A DNA stretch of 64,000 bases from a virus (lineage: Duplodnaviria > Caudoviricetes): positions 1,535 to 65,534 of the IMG/VR virus record IMGVR_UViG_3300021197_001596. The stretch is one strand, 5' to 3'. This document shows positions 48,885-57,230 of this stretch, one piece after another (within the stretch, counting starts at the first letter, position 1; every line of letters starts with the position of its first letter). The notes beneath the pieces were generated by a model. The model saw only the letters and a list, made by a program, of their open reading frames with translations. It was not told where the DNA came from and did no database searches. The translations under genes and the position numbers were made by a program.

Positions 48885-48999
48885 CCGAGTGTAGCTATTG
48901 TAACGAACCGCTCGACGAACTTGAGCAATTATTTGCGGATAAGTATGTACACGAAATACCACTCTGTGCACAATGTATACAAATACAATATGAATTATT

Positions 49000-49203
49000 A
49001 TGATGAACACATGGATATTTTATGGTAACGACCATAACGGAATTAAAACAATACATTTTATTAAGGAATGTAAACGCCCTCAGGCTACTAAAGAATACAA
49101 AGAAATGATGTTTTTATTAGAAAACTATACTTATTACACAACAGGGTATATGACTAGTAAAGCATGGAATAAAGAAAACCAATATATAAAAGTAATACAA
49201 TGA
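49000..49203 (+). CDS. Early hypothetical protein (67 aa)
   Basis: ORF track; coupled to an acidic small ORF starting at 49200. Confidence 0.6.
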   Translation: MMNTWIFYGNDHNGIKTIHFIKECKRPQATKEYKEMMFLLENYTYYTTGYMTSKAWNKENQYIKVIQ

Positions 49204-49375
49204 GCACACTAATTGAAAACATATCGTCACACCTCATTGAAGAAATTGATGAGCATATCGATAACGTTATACACTGGCAACTTGATGAAAGCGAGCTTGA
49301 CGGCGATGACTTCCATGAATTAGAATTAAAAGTAAAACAACAAATATTATTTACATTAATTAAAAAAGTAACAAA

Positions 49376-49696
49376 ATGAATAACATATACACACAACTGG
49401 CAAACATACTTAAAGTAGCTGAATTTACAGAAGATTACACACCAAGCGCTGACTTACAAATTAGCGAGTACATGACCGCTGATAGTTACGACGTACACGT
49501 CATGACTAATGACCATATACATATGCAATGGGATATGGATGTGTTTTATTATCAACCAAACTTTACTGATATTATTGATCGCATTAAAGAATTAGATAGC
49601 GATGCTATTGTATACGTAAGCGATCTTGAAACATACTTACCAGAGTATGAAGTACAAGATTATATTGAACAACATAAAGACGAAGAAGATGACTAA
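49376..49696 (+). CDS. Early acidic hypothetical protein (106 aa)
   Basis: ORF track; strongly D/E-rich. Confidence 0.65.
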   Translation: MNNIYTQLANILKVAEFTEDYTPSADLQISEYMTADSYDVHVMTNDHIHMQWDMDVFYYQPNFTDIIDRIKELDSDAIVYVSDLETYLPEYEVQDYIEQHKDEEDD

Positions 49697-49910
49697 AACT
49701 AAAGACGAAATATTACAGGAAATATTTGATAACGACCCTATGGGAATATTGGATGATAAGATTGAAACAAAACCAATGCCAAGCGACTGGTGGAACCACG
49801 GTATTAATCCTATACTAGGATATAAATACGAAAAACCTGTTTGGAATACCCGAACAAGAGATAAATGGGAATACCCAGAAGAAGATAACTATAATCCTAA
49901 TGAAGATTAA
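49689..49910 (+). CDS. Early hypothetical protein (73 aa)
   Basis: Probable start MTKTKDEILQEIFDNDPMGIL, overlapping the upstream stop. Confidence 0.6.
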   Translation: MTKTKDEILQEIFDNDPMGILDDKIETKPMPSDWWNHGINPILGYKYEKPVWNTRTRDKWEYPEEDNYNPNED

Positions 49911-50085
49911 TATGGCAGGAAATAAATACAATACACCATTTGCTATACACCGACCTCATTTTTACGAATTACAATATAAAAATAAAGATGGTGAAATACA
50001 TATAATGACGGGCACACCAAAACAAGTGATTAATTATATCCTTAATCAACAACTATAAACTTTTTTTCAAACAGTGTGTGTTTGT

Positions 50086-50288
50086 TGTAAGACCAAAAAA
50101 CCGTCGTACCTCTGCAGGGGTAAATAAAACCGGCGGTGAGGTCTTTACATTCACAATAATACGGATTTTCTTGTGTGTATTCAATTTTCATGCACAAAAA
50201 TGCCAAATAAAATATTAAGAGCGCCGAAGGATTGCTGACGAGCGATATATACTAGTTATAAATGCAGGTAATGAGCTGCGCCTTCGGT
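50086..50288 (+). ncRNA. Structured non-coding RNA block (three modules)
   Basis: GC-enriched stretch with no track ORF; nested stems 50086..50149, hairpin 50163..50204 and four-way junction 50223..50288. Confidence 0.55.
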
Positions 50289-50291
50289 CAT

Positions 50292-50367
50292 GGGCGTGAC
50301 GGGTAAGTGCTGACAAAGTTCTAAAGTACACTATCAGCAAACGGAGGTTCGACTCCTCCCGCGTCCA
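50292..50367 (+). ncRNA. tRNA(Ala)/tmRNA tRNA-like-domain mimic (76 nt)
   Basis: Acceptor GGGCGUG/CGCGUCC-A with G3-U70; T-arm GGAGG-UUCGACU-CCUCC; stemless 9-nt D-loop; 6-bp helix UGCUGA/UCAGCA; AAC connector. Confidence 0.75.
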
Positions 50368-50535
50368 CTAAATAAAATTAAATTAATATGAAAACTAAAC
50401 TAAAACAAACAATAAATAATCAATTTAGGGTCCTATGGTCATACAATAAAGGGCTCAGAGGGGGTTACGAAGATTTTAACACTGAAGCGCAAGCTGAGAA
50501 TTTTAGAAAATTTATAATAAAAAATTGGAAAACTT

Positions 50536-50799
50536 ATGGAAAAACCTAATATAATAGATGATCGCATTGAAGCAATGCTAATATCTAAAATAACACATTA
50601 TAGATCAAAAATACGAAGTGGATTTCGTAATAGACATAATGTTGTTTGGCCAGAATTATCTTATAATATTGTAACAGGTGATATTAAAAACTTAAGAATA
50701 TGGTTACGTATGGCTGAATTAATTGAAACAGCTTACGGTGGCCCATTCACTACGTCAACACCATATGTAACTTATAAAGCTAAACAATTATCACAATGA
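50536..50799 (+). CDS. Hypothetical protein (87 aa)
   Basis: ORF track; ATGA coupling with the next gene. Confidence 0.6.
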   Translation: MEKPNIIDDRIEAMLISKITHYRSKIRSGFRNRHNVVWPELSYNIVTGDIKNLRIWLRMAELIETAYGGPFTTSTPYVTYKAKQLSQ

Positions 50800-50999
50800 G
50801 TATACAAGAACTTAAAGATTATATAAAAAATAAACAAAAACAAAACGCACAACAATGGGCTAAAGAAAAAAAACAGCACGGTGACTGTGAACCATTTACT
50901 TTTAAAGAGTATATAAAATATCAAGATATTATTATATGTGGCAAACGTACATACAAAACAAAATTTGTACACAATAAATTATGGACAATTACAAGATAA
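50796..50999 (+). CDS. Hypothetical protein (67 aa)
   Basis: ORF track. Confidence 0.6.
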   Translation: MSIQELKDYIKNKQKQNAQQWAKEKKQHGDCEPFTFKEYIKYQDIIICGKRTYKTKFVHNKLWTITR

Positions 51000-51021
51000 A
51001 CACGAATACATATGGATATTA
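50989..51021 (+). promoter_or_regulatory. 33-bp motif, copy 6 (overlaps the start of the DnaA-IV gene)
   Basis: TTACAAGATAAACACGAATACATATGGATATTA. Confidence 0.65.
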
Positions 51022-51419
51022 AAGACAAAAGAATAATTAGACCTAAAGAAATATTTGATTTAGTTCAATATGAACTTAGTATAAATAATTTACATTCAAG
51101 AACAAGAACAAGAGAATTAGCGCAAGCAAGATTTATATATTTTAAATTAGCTAGAAAATTTTGCAGATACGCAAGCTTAACCGCTATTGGTAAAGAAGTA
51201 AATCGTGATCACGCTACAGTTATAAATGGTTTAAAAAAATACGACACTGAAGCTAAATACGACCCATATATGAATGACGTATATGATAAAATATCTGTTA
51301 AATTAGATAGAAAATATATTCCGCCTGGACGTATTCAAGAGTTTGATATGACATTCGAGCGTGTATTAAAACGCATTGAAATATTAGAAGAACAATTAAA
51401 TAAATTAACAAATGATTAA
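51012..51419 (+). CDS. Stand-alone DnaA C-terminal (domain IV) HTH protein (135 aa)
   Basis: SRTR.REL..AR.IY.KLAR.....SL..IG...NRDHATVI.G.KK matches the DnaA domain IV signature (RDHTTV). Confidence 0.85.
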   Translation: MDIKDKRIIRPKEIFDLVQYELSINNLHSRTRTRELAQARFIYFKLARKFCRYASLTAIGKEVNRDHATVINGLKKYDTEAKYDPYMNDVYDKISVKLDRKYIPPGRIQEFDMTFERVLKRIEILEEQLNKLTND

Positions 51420-51645
51420 AGTAAACAAAGAAACAGTACACGTAGATTCTATGGCTATTAGTAAAGCCGAATATGATTATGAAAATGAAATATTAGATTT
51501 AAAGTTTAATGATGGTAAAAAATACAGCTATATTGGTGTACCAACAAATACTTTTTTATCTATGAAATATTCTGAATCAATAGGTAAATTTATTAATAAA
51601 CATATTATAAAAGCAAATAAATATGAATACGCTTACAAAAAATAG
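51412..51645 (+). CDS. KTSC-domain protein (77 aa)
   Basis: DS.AI....YD.....L...F..G..Y.Y.GVP...F......S.GKFIN..I. Confidence 0.85.
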   Translation: MIKVNKETVHVDSMAISKAEYDYENEILDLKFNDGKKYSYIGVPTNTFLSMKYSESIGKFINKHIIKANKYEYAYKK

Positions 51646-51817
51646 CTTAGATAATTTACAATACAATATGTGGAATTTTGTACACGATTATCAAATTGGC
51701 AACTTAGCTGATATGCAAGTAGATATGCCTGAAGGAATTGCTATACACAACATTATTGAAGCTGCTGAAACTATTGTTTTGAACAAAACTAAACTAAAAG
51801 ATATATTAAATAAATAA
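51623..51817 (+). CDS. Hypothetical protein (64 aa)
   Basis: ORF track. Confidence 0.55.
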   Translation: MNTLTKNSLDNLQYNMWNFVHDYQIGNLADMQVDMPEGIAIHNIIEAAETIVLNKTKLKDILNK

Positions 51818-51822
51818 TAAAA

Positions 51823-52119
51823 ATGAGTAATATAATAACTTCTATGGCCTTATCAGAACAAGAAATAGAAAAAATAGCGGAACTATTATTTCAAAAATTA
51901 GTTAAACACCAAGAATCATTTGAAGATCAAACTAAAACTTTTATGGTTTCAGATGAATTTGGTAATAATGCAAATGTATCAGAAATTGAATATTATGGTT
52001 ATGAACTACATAAGCTTGAAAGTATATTAGAAAAATATGTAGCAAATGAAGAATATGAAAAAGCTGATATAATCAAAAACAAAATAAGACTTTTAAAAAT
52101 TAAAATAAATAAATTATAA
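51823..52119 (+). CDS. UVR (UvrB/UvrC) motif protein (98 aa)
   Basis: C-terminal LEKYVANEEYEKADIIKNKI. Confidence 0.7.
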   Translation: MSNIITSMALSEQEIEKIAELLFQKLVKHQESFEDQTKTFMVSDEFGNNANVSEIEYYGYELHKLESILEKYVANEEYEKADIIKNKIRLLKIKINKL

Positions 52120-52309
52120 TGAGTACACTTATAATTGATTGCCCAAGATGGGGTCATGAAGAGTACTTAATAAACACAGAAGTACCTTTACACGTACAAG
52201 AAGCTGCTATAAATGGTATACTAAAATACTTTAGCCCTGAGGCAGCTATAGATATTGTAAAAATATTTTAATTATTTCTACTACTTATGCTAACATAAAA
52301 CTAAAACAA

Positions 52310-52519
52310 ATGATTTTAAAAAAGCTAAAAAGCAGAAAAAGTAAGCATGTAAGTGCAGTATCAAATCATCTATATTATCTGCATAATAAATTATCTAAAA
52401 ATTCTTTAGAAATTTCAGAATTAAAAGGTAAAGAATTAAATAAAAAAGTAAAAGAAATGCAATCTATTGGAACAAGAATGAAACAATACAGAAAACATTT
52501 AAATCTTGTATTGTTATAA
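52310..52519 (+). CDS. Basic coiled-coil hypothetical protein (69 aa)
   Basis: ORF track. Confidence 0.55.
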   Translation: MILKKLKSRKSKHVSAVSNHLYYLHNKLSKNSLEISELKGKELNKKVKEMQSIGTRMKQYRKHLNLVLL

Positions 52520-52520
52520 A

Positions 52521-52568
52521 TGTGACGATAGCAAATTAATTAAATAATAGTAGCAGGCTAATGTCGCA
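52521..52568 (+). promoter_or_regulatory. 48-bp element, copy B (faces the replication operon, overlaps ATG 52561)
   Basis: TGTGACGATAG-(AT-rich)-TAGCAGGCTAATGTCGCA. Confidence 0.7.
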
Positions 52569-53178
52569 TAGAAAACTCGAGTATTTTAATCGAAGACGTA
52601 TCGTATATCGACGCGATCCAATAACTGATACCCCTTCTGAAACATTTAGTTGGGGTAACTTTTATGAGAATGGTACGTATGAATGCTACCAACTATTTAG
52701 ATCAAAGGCAAAAATTACATCATATAGATCCTTTAAATGGCATGTACTTGTTCTCTGGTATTTAAATAAAAGTCTTACTTATGATGATATTTTAGAATTA
52801 ACTTGCTATCTTGCTGATAAGGATAATGGTTTTGTAACTATAAAGCTTAATGACACAAGCATAATCAATTTAGTTGATGAAGTGTTTGAAAAAGATTTAG
52901 ATAAACCACCTAAAAACAAAATACGTAAGATTATATTTAAAGATAGTTCAGGATTAACGACAACTGAAAAATTAAAAATTGTAGGCAGTATAATTGGTAG
53001 AAAGAAAAAAGCAGAGGCACCGGATATATATGAGGCAATGCTGGGCATACACGACAATAATAAAAAAATAACCATATCAAAAATTGCAAGCTTATTAAAC
53101 GTTTCAACTAGAACAATTTATAGAAATATAACTTCGGAAATTAAGCAAGAAAAAATGTTATTAAATGAAGAAGTATAA
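52561..53178 (+). CDS. DNA-binding protein with C-terminal HTH (regulator or replication initiator, 205 aa)
   Basis: ITISKIASLLNVSTRTIYRN HTH. Confidence 0.7.
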   Translation: MSHRKLEYFNRRRIVYRRDPITDTPSETFSWGNFYENGTYECYQLFRSKAKITSYRSFKWHVLVLWYLNKSLTYDDILELTCYLADKDNGFVTIKLNDTSIINLVDEVFEKDLDKPPKNKIRKIIFKDSSGLTTTEKLKIVGSIIGRKKKAEAPDIYEAMLGIHDNNKKITISKIASLLNVSTRTIYRNITSEIKQEKMLLNEEV

Positions 53179-53908
53179 CATACAAAATTATGTTAGGTTT
53201 AAACATGACTTAGCAAGTTATGGCGACATCCCTGACACAGGAGACGGCAGGCAAGATTTAATTATATCTCATATGAGTTTAGTTGAAACAATAGCACGTA
53301 AATTTTCTACCTCACAGCAGGCATCAGGAGTTATGACTATAAATGATTTAATTCAAGAAGGAGCTATTGGTTTAATAGCAGCAGTAGATAAAATTGATTG
53401 GAACCAAATAACAGACTCTACTGAACCTCAACGCACACTTAATAGTTTTTTAAGTAAACGCATTAAAGGTGCAATAAGAAGGGCTATTGATATAAACAGA
53501 GGTAACATACGTATACCTGAGCATAAATTAAATGATATGCGTAAAAATTGTGAAGCTGAAAAGAAAACTGTTGAAATGTTTTTTAATAGTATTTTTTATT
53601 CTTTAGATGAAACAGATAATGAAAACAATACATTTTATGAAATAGCAGATAATTCAAAAGACTACAACATTGATATAATGAATAAATATTTGTTATCAAT
53701 AATGGAATCTAATTTAAGCATTAAAGAATATGATGTACTGCGAATGAGTTATGGCTTAGACTGTGATAAAATGTCCGCTAAAGAAATAGCCGACAAATTG
53801 GCAATAAAAGGTACAGCATCATACGTAAGAATATCGCAAATAAAAAGGGACGCAATAAATAAGTTAATCGAGAGTGTAAGTCCAGCTCAAGTTATTGATT
53901 TTCTGTAA
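53165..53908 (+). CDS. Sigma-70 family RNA polymerase sigma factor (247 aa)
   Basis: Region 2 LVETIARKF...DLIQEGAIGLIAAVDK...IRRAI...IRIP; region 4 LS.KE.DVLRM.YGL.....KEIA..L...RISQI...AI.KL. Confidence 0.9.
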   Translation: MKKYNIQNYVRFKHDLASYGDIPDTGDGRQDLIISHMSLVETIARKFSTSQQASGVMTINDLIQEGAIGLIAAVDKIDWNQITDSTEPQRTLNSFLSKRIKGAIRRAIDINRGNIRIPEHKLNDMRKNCEAEKKTVEMFFNSIFYSLDETDNENNTFYEIADNSKDYNIDIMNKYLLSIMESNLSIKEYDVLRMSYGLDCDKMSAKEIADKLAIKGTASYVRISQIKRDAINKLIESVSPAQVIDFL

Positions 53909-53938
53909 GTTTAACCATTAATACGTAATATATATGTT

Positions 53939-54481
53939 ATGACTATTCATGAGAAATTAAGTTTAATTCAGCAAGAGTTTAAGTCCAAAAAGTCACGTTT
54001 TAACTCGTTCGGCAAATACAACTTCAGATCAGCCGAAGACATCCTTGAAGCACTTAAACCATTTAACAAGAAGTATAAAGTATACTTCACTGTTAATGAG
54101 AAATACCTAGGCGATGGGGTTATAGAGTCAACAGCAACTGTATTTGATGCAGATGGTGCAAACTTTATTCCCGCTACCGCGCTAGTTGGCGTAGACTTTA
54201 ATCAAAAAGGAATGCAAGTACCTCAGCAATTTGGTTCAGCATCTTCTTATGGTAAAAAGTACGCGCTTGGAAATCTATTGTTAATTGATGACACGGCAGA
54301 TTCAGATGCAACTAATATGCATAACAAATCCACATCTAAACCCAAGTTAATTAAGGGAACAGATAATTGGACTAAAGCAATTAGTTTTGTCGAATCAGGA
54401 GGTGCATTAAAAGCAATATTAAGTAAATATGATGTGTCAAATGATGACATGCTAACACTAAAAGTACATGAGCCAAAATGA
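53939..54481 (+). CDS. ERF-family single-strand annealing protein (180 aa)
   Basis: N.FGKY.FRS.EDILEA.KP and Q.FGSASSY.KKYAL..L..IDD..D.D motifs. Confidence 0.85.
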   Translation: MTIHEKLSLIQQEFKSKKSRFNSFGKYNFRSAEDILEALKPFNKKYKVYFTVNEKYLGDGVIESTATVFDADGANFIPATALVGVDFNQKGMQVPQQFGSASSYGKKYALGNLLLIDDTADSDATNMHNKSTSKPKLIKGTDNWTKAISFVESGGALKAILSKYDVSNDDMLTLKVHEPK

Positions 54482-55196
54482 GATAATTGAAAAGCTAAGA
54501 GATGACAACCATTATTATGGTAATTATGGTAAACAATTTTTAAGCAACTCAGATATTTCCGTATTACTTTCAAATCCGCTCGACTTTAAAAAACCCAGTA
54601 AACCTTCACCCGCTTTTTTAGTAGGAGGATATTTTCACACTTGTATTCTTGAGCCTGATAAGCTTAAAAAATATAAAGTTATAGAAGCCTCTACCCGTAA
54701 CACAAAAATATATAAAGAAATATCGGGAGGTGAATTATGTTTATTGCAACATGAAGTTGACCAAATAGAAATAATGCGAGACAAAATGCTTAACAACGAA
54801 GTTATAAGTAAATTAATTACAGGTAATGTTGAGTATGAAGTTCCAGGTATTGTTGAAATAGAAAACAATATGTGGAAGGGGAAAGCGGATATTATAAACC
54901 ATGATGAAAAATTAATTATTGATCTAAAAACTACAAACGATATACAAAGTTTTAGATATAGTGCAAAGCGTTATAATTACGATAGCCAAGCATATATTTA
55001 TAACAAATTGTTTAATTATGATTTTTTATTTATTGTCGTGGATAAGAATACTCATCAATTAGCTTTATTCGATGTGTCCGATAAATTTTATCAAACGGGC
55101 TCTGACAAAGTACAAAAGGCAACTGATGTTTATGAACTATTTTATAACACAGAAAATTTTAAACCAGAAAATTATTTTATTAATCAAACTTTATAA
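54468..55196 (+). CDS. PD-(D/E)XK exonuclease (RecE-like, 242 aa)
   Basis: LSNS...G..FH..ILEP...KGKAD...IIDLKTT...Y.Y..QA..Y. Confidence 0.85.
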   Translation: MSQNEIIEKLRDDNHYYGNYGKQFLSNSDISVLLSNPLDFKKPSKPSPAFLVGGYFHTCILEPDKLKKYKVIEASTRNTKIYKEISGGELCLLQHEVDQIEIMRDKMLNNEVISKLITGNVEYEVPGIVEIENNMWKGKADIINHDEKLIIDLKTTNDIQSFRYSAKRYNYDSQAYIYNKLFNYDFLFIVVDKNTHQLALFDVSDKFYQTGSDKVQKATDVYELFYNTENFKPENYFINQTL

Positions 55197-55198
55197 CA

Positions 55199-55513
55199 AT
55201 GGCAGGAATTATTAAAACAAGTATTAATTTAAGTAACATACCTAAAGATAAAATTATCGAAGGTAAAAAAGGTAAATATCTACCTGTTACAATAACAATC
55301 AACGACGAAGTTGATCAATTTGGAAATCAAGGTCCGGTAATTGTATCTCAAACTAAAGATGAAAGAGATGCTAAAATGGAAAAAACATATTTAGGAAATG
55401 TGCAGGTTGCATGGACTAATGGTGAATTTCCTTCACCACCACCTAGAGATGGTCAGCCATTACCAACTACATCAGCTCCGGCAAAAGAAGTAGAGGACGA
55501 CTTACCATTTTAA
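55199..55513 (+). CDS. Putative single-stranded DNA-binding protein (104 aa)
   Basis: GKKGKYL...DQFGN...YLGN core and acidic DDLPF tail. Confidence 0.7.
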   Translation: MAGIIKTSINLSNIPKDKIIEGKKGKYLPVTITINDEVDQFGNQGPVIVSQTKDERDAKMEKTYLGNVQVAWTNGEFPSPPPRDGQPLPTTSAPAKEVEDDLPF

Positions 55514-55514
55514 T

Positions 55515-57230
55515 ATGAATATAAACAATACGGAGATCAATGGTTTTTTGATTGATTCATTCAATCAATATGATCTACAGGTGGGAAAAAAAGAGGGCAC
55601 CTGTCCTCTTTGTTCTTCTGATAGAAGACCTGAGAATCAGAAGCGTAAATGTGCTTCTTATGATTGGGAACGGGGTCTTGGTACGTGTCATAATTGTAAT
55701 TCAACTTTTCAGCTGCATTCTTATCAAAGAAAAGGTAATGCAGATAAAGTGTACGTAAAACCAGAAGTGAAGCATGAGGATTTAGGAAGTAAGATTGTAG
55801 AATGGTTTGGTACACGTGGTATATCTCAGGCTACTTTAGATTTTTTAAAAATATCTGAAGGGCCTGAATATATGCCGCAAACGGGTAAACAAGAAAATGC
55901 TATACATTTTAATTACTACGCGGGAAACGAATTAATTAACATAAAATATAGAGATGCTAGAAAAAATTTTAAGCTGTATAAAGGAGCAGAAAAAATATTT
56001 TATAACATTGACAATATTGTCGGTTATGAGTATTGTATTATTGTGGAAGGCGAGATGGATGTTTGTAGCTTATATGAAGCTGGCCTACCTAATGTGGTAT
56101 CTGTACCAAATGGAGCCACGTTAAATTCCAACAACTTAGATTACTTAGACAATTGTATTGATTATTTTACAGATAAAGAAAAAATAATTATAGCAGTTGA
56201 CCAAGATGAACCTGGATTAGCCTTAAAAGCCGAACTTATAAGAAGATTAGGGGCTGAAGTGTGCTATATAGTAGACTTTGAAGATTGTAAAGACGCAAAC
56301 GAATATTTATTAAAATATGGAAAAGACAAACTGGCGCAGTGTATTGCCAAAGCAAAACCGGTTCCGCTCGAAAACGTTACAACCCTCAGAGACATTGAAG
56401 GAGAAATTACTGATTTTGTTGAAAATGGATTTAAAAAAGGCTTTCAAGTTGGCCTACCTAATTTTGATGAAATTTTTTCAACTTATACCGGCCAGTTTAT
56501 TACTGTTACTGGTATACCTTCTTCTGGTAAGTCTGATTTCGTTGATCAAATGGTAGTTGGCTATAATGCAAATTACGGATGGAAAACAGCATTTGCATCA
56601 CCGGAAAATGCTCCAACATTTTTACACGCCCATAAACTAATGCGAAAGGTTTGGCAAGATATGCCACGCAAATCCGACATTGGTGGGGATAAATGGCAAT
56701 CAATAGCTGGGCATGTTAATGACAATTTCTTTTTTATAGACATGGAGCGCTACACTTTAGAATCAGTTTTAAAGAAAGGTGCTGAACTGGTTAAAAGAAA
56801 AGGTATTAAATGCTTAGTTATTGACCCATTTAATAAAGTAAGAGATGTTGATGCTAAAACGGAAGACGTAAACCGCTATACAATGGAATACTTAACTAAA
56901 ATTGAAATATTTGCTAAAAAATATGATGTTTTAGTAGTAATAGTTGCTCATCCCACTAAAATGTACAAAGATGGGAATGGTAAAATTGAAGAGCCTACTA
57001 TGTATAACATTAAAGGCGGGGGTGAATGGTATGATGCGAGCTATCACGGGTTGCTTGTGCATCGTGACTATGAAAATAAAACAGTTAAAGCAAAAGTGCT
57101 TAAAGTTAAATTTCAAAACTTAGGTGAAAACGGAGCTGAAGCTCACTTTAAGTGGGAACCAAAGTCAGGATGTTTTATTCCACATCACGAAACAGTAATT
57201 CATGACAAGATGCCATGGGAAGTGGATTAA
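55515..57230 (+). CDS. T7 gp4/Twinkle-like primase-helicase (571 aa)
   Basis: Zn finger CPLC...CHNC, TOPRIM EGE.D and D.D.PG, KDANE, Walker A GIPSSGKS, VIDP, VAHP.K. Confidence 0.92.
   Translation: MNINNTEINGFLIDSFNQYDLQVGKKEGTCPLCSSDRRPENQKRKCASYDWERGLGTCHNCNSTFQLHSYQRKGNADKVYVKPEVKHEDLGSKIVEWFGTRGISQATLDFLKISEGPEYMPQTGKQENAIHFNYYAGNELINIKYRDARKNFKLYKGAEKIFYNIDNIVGYEYCIIVEGEMDVCSLYEAGLPNVVSVPNGATLNSNNLDYLDNCIDYFTDKEKIIIAVDQDEPGLALKAELIRRLGAEVCYIVDFEDCKDANEYLLKYGKDKLAQCIAKAKPVPLENVTTLRDIEGEITDFVENGFKKGFQVGLPNFDEIFSTYTGQFITVTGIPSSGKSDFVDQMVVGYNANYGWKTAFASPENAPTFLHAHKLMRKVWQDMPRKSDIGGDKWQSIAGHVNDNFFFIDMERYTLESVLKKGAELVKRKGIKCLVIDPFNKVRDVDAKTEDVNRYTMEYLTKIEIFAKKYDVLVVIVAHPTKMYKDGNGKIEEPTMYNIKGGGEWYDASYHGLLVHRDYENKTVKAKVLKVKFQNLGENGAEAHFKWEPKSGCFIPHHETVIHDKMPWEVD
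56317..56556 (+). CDS. Candidate nested C-terminal-TM protein in +1 frame of primase-helicase (79 aa)
   Basis: ATG with leader TTATTAAAAT; host-frame codons shift to CTG/GCG/CCG/CTC. Confidence 0.5.
   Translation: MEKTNWRSVLPKQNRFRSKTLQPSETLKEKLLILLKMDLKKAFKLAYLILMKFFQLIPASLLLLLVYLLLVSLISLIKW

Noticed and set aside
50231-50288. CTGACGA as a hammerhead ribozyme core
   Set aside because: No correctly placed GAAA or stems I/III; the sequence folds better as a simple hairpin.
50314-50333. TTCTAAA in the loop of the tRNA-like RNA suggesting an amber suppressor and TAG recoding, as in some crAss-like phages
   Set aside because: No anticodon stem flanks it, all long genes are intact in code 11, and TAG serves as a normal stop (terL, long fibre, endonuclease).
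46643-51021. 33-bp repeats as a CRISPR array or integron attC sites
   Set aside because: Irregular spacing with ORFs in between, degenerate internal positions, no palindromy, and no cas or integrase genes.
53939-54120. C-ending codon patch at the start of the ERF gene as another nested ORF
   Set aside because: The +1 stretch has no early start and +2 is closed; likely expression-related codon bias, which is also a caveat for the weaker nested candidates.
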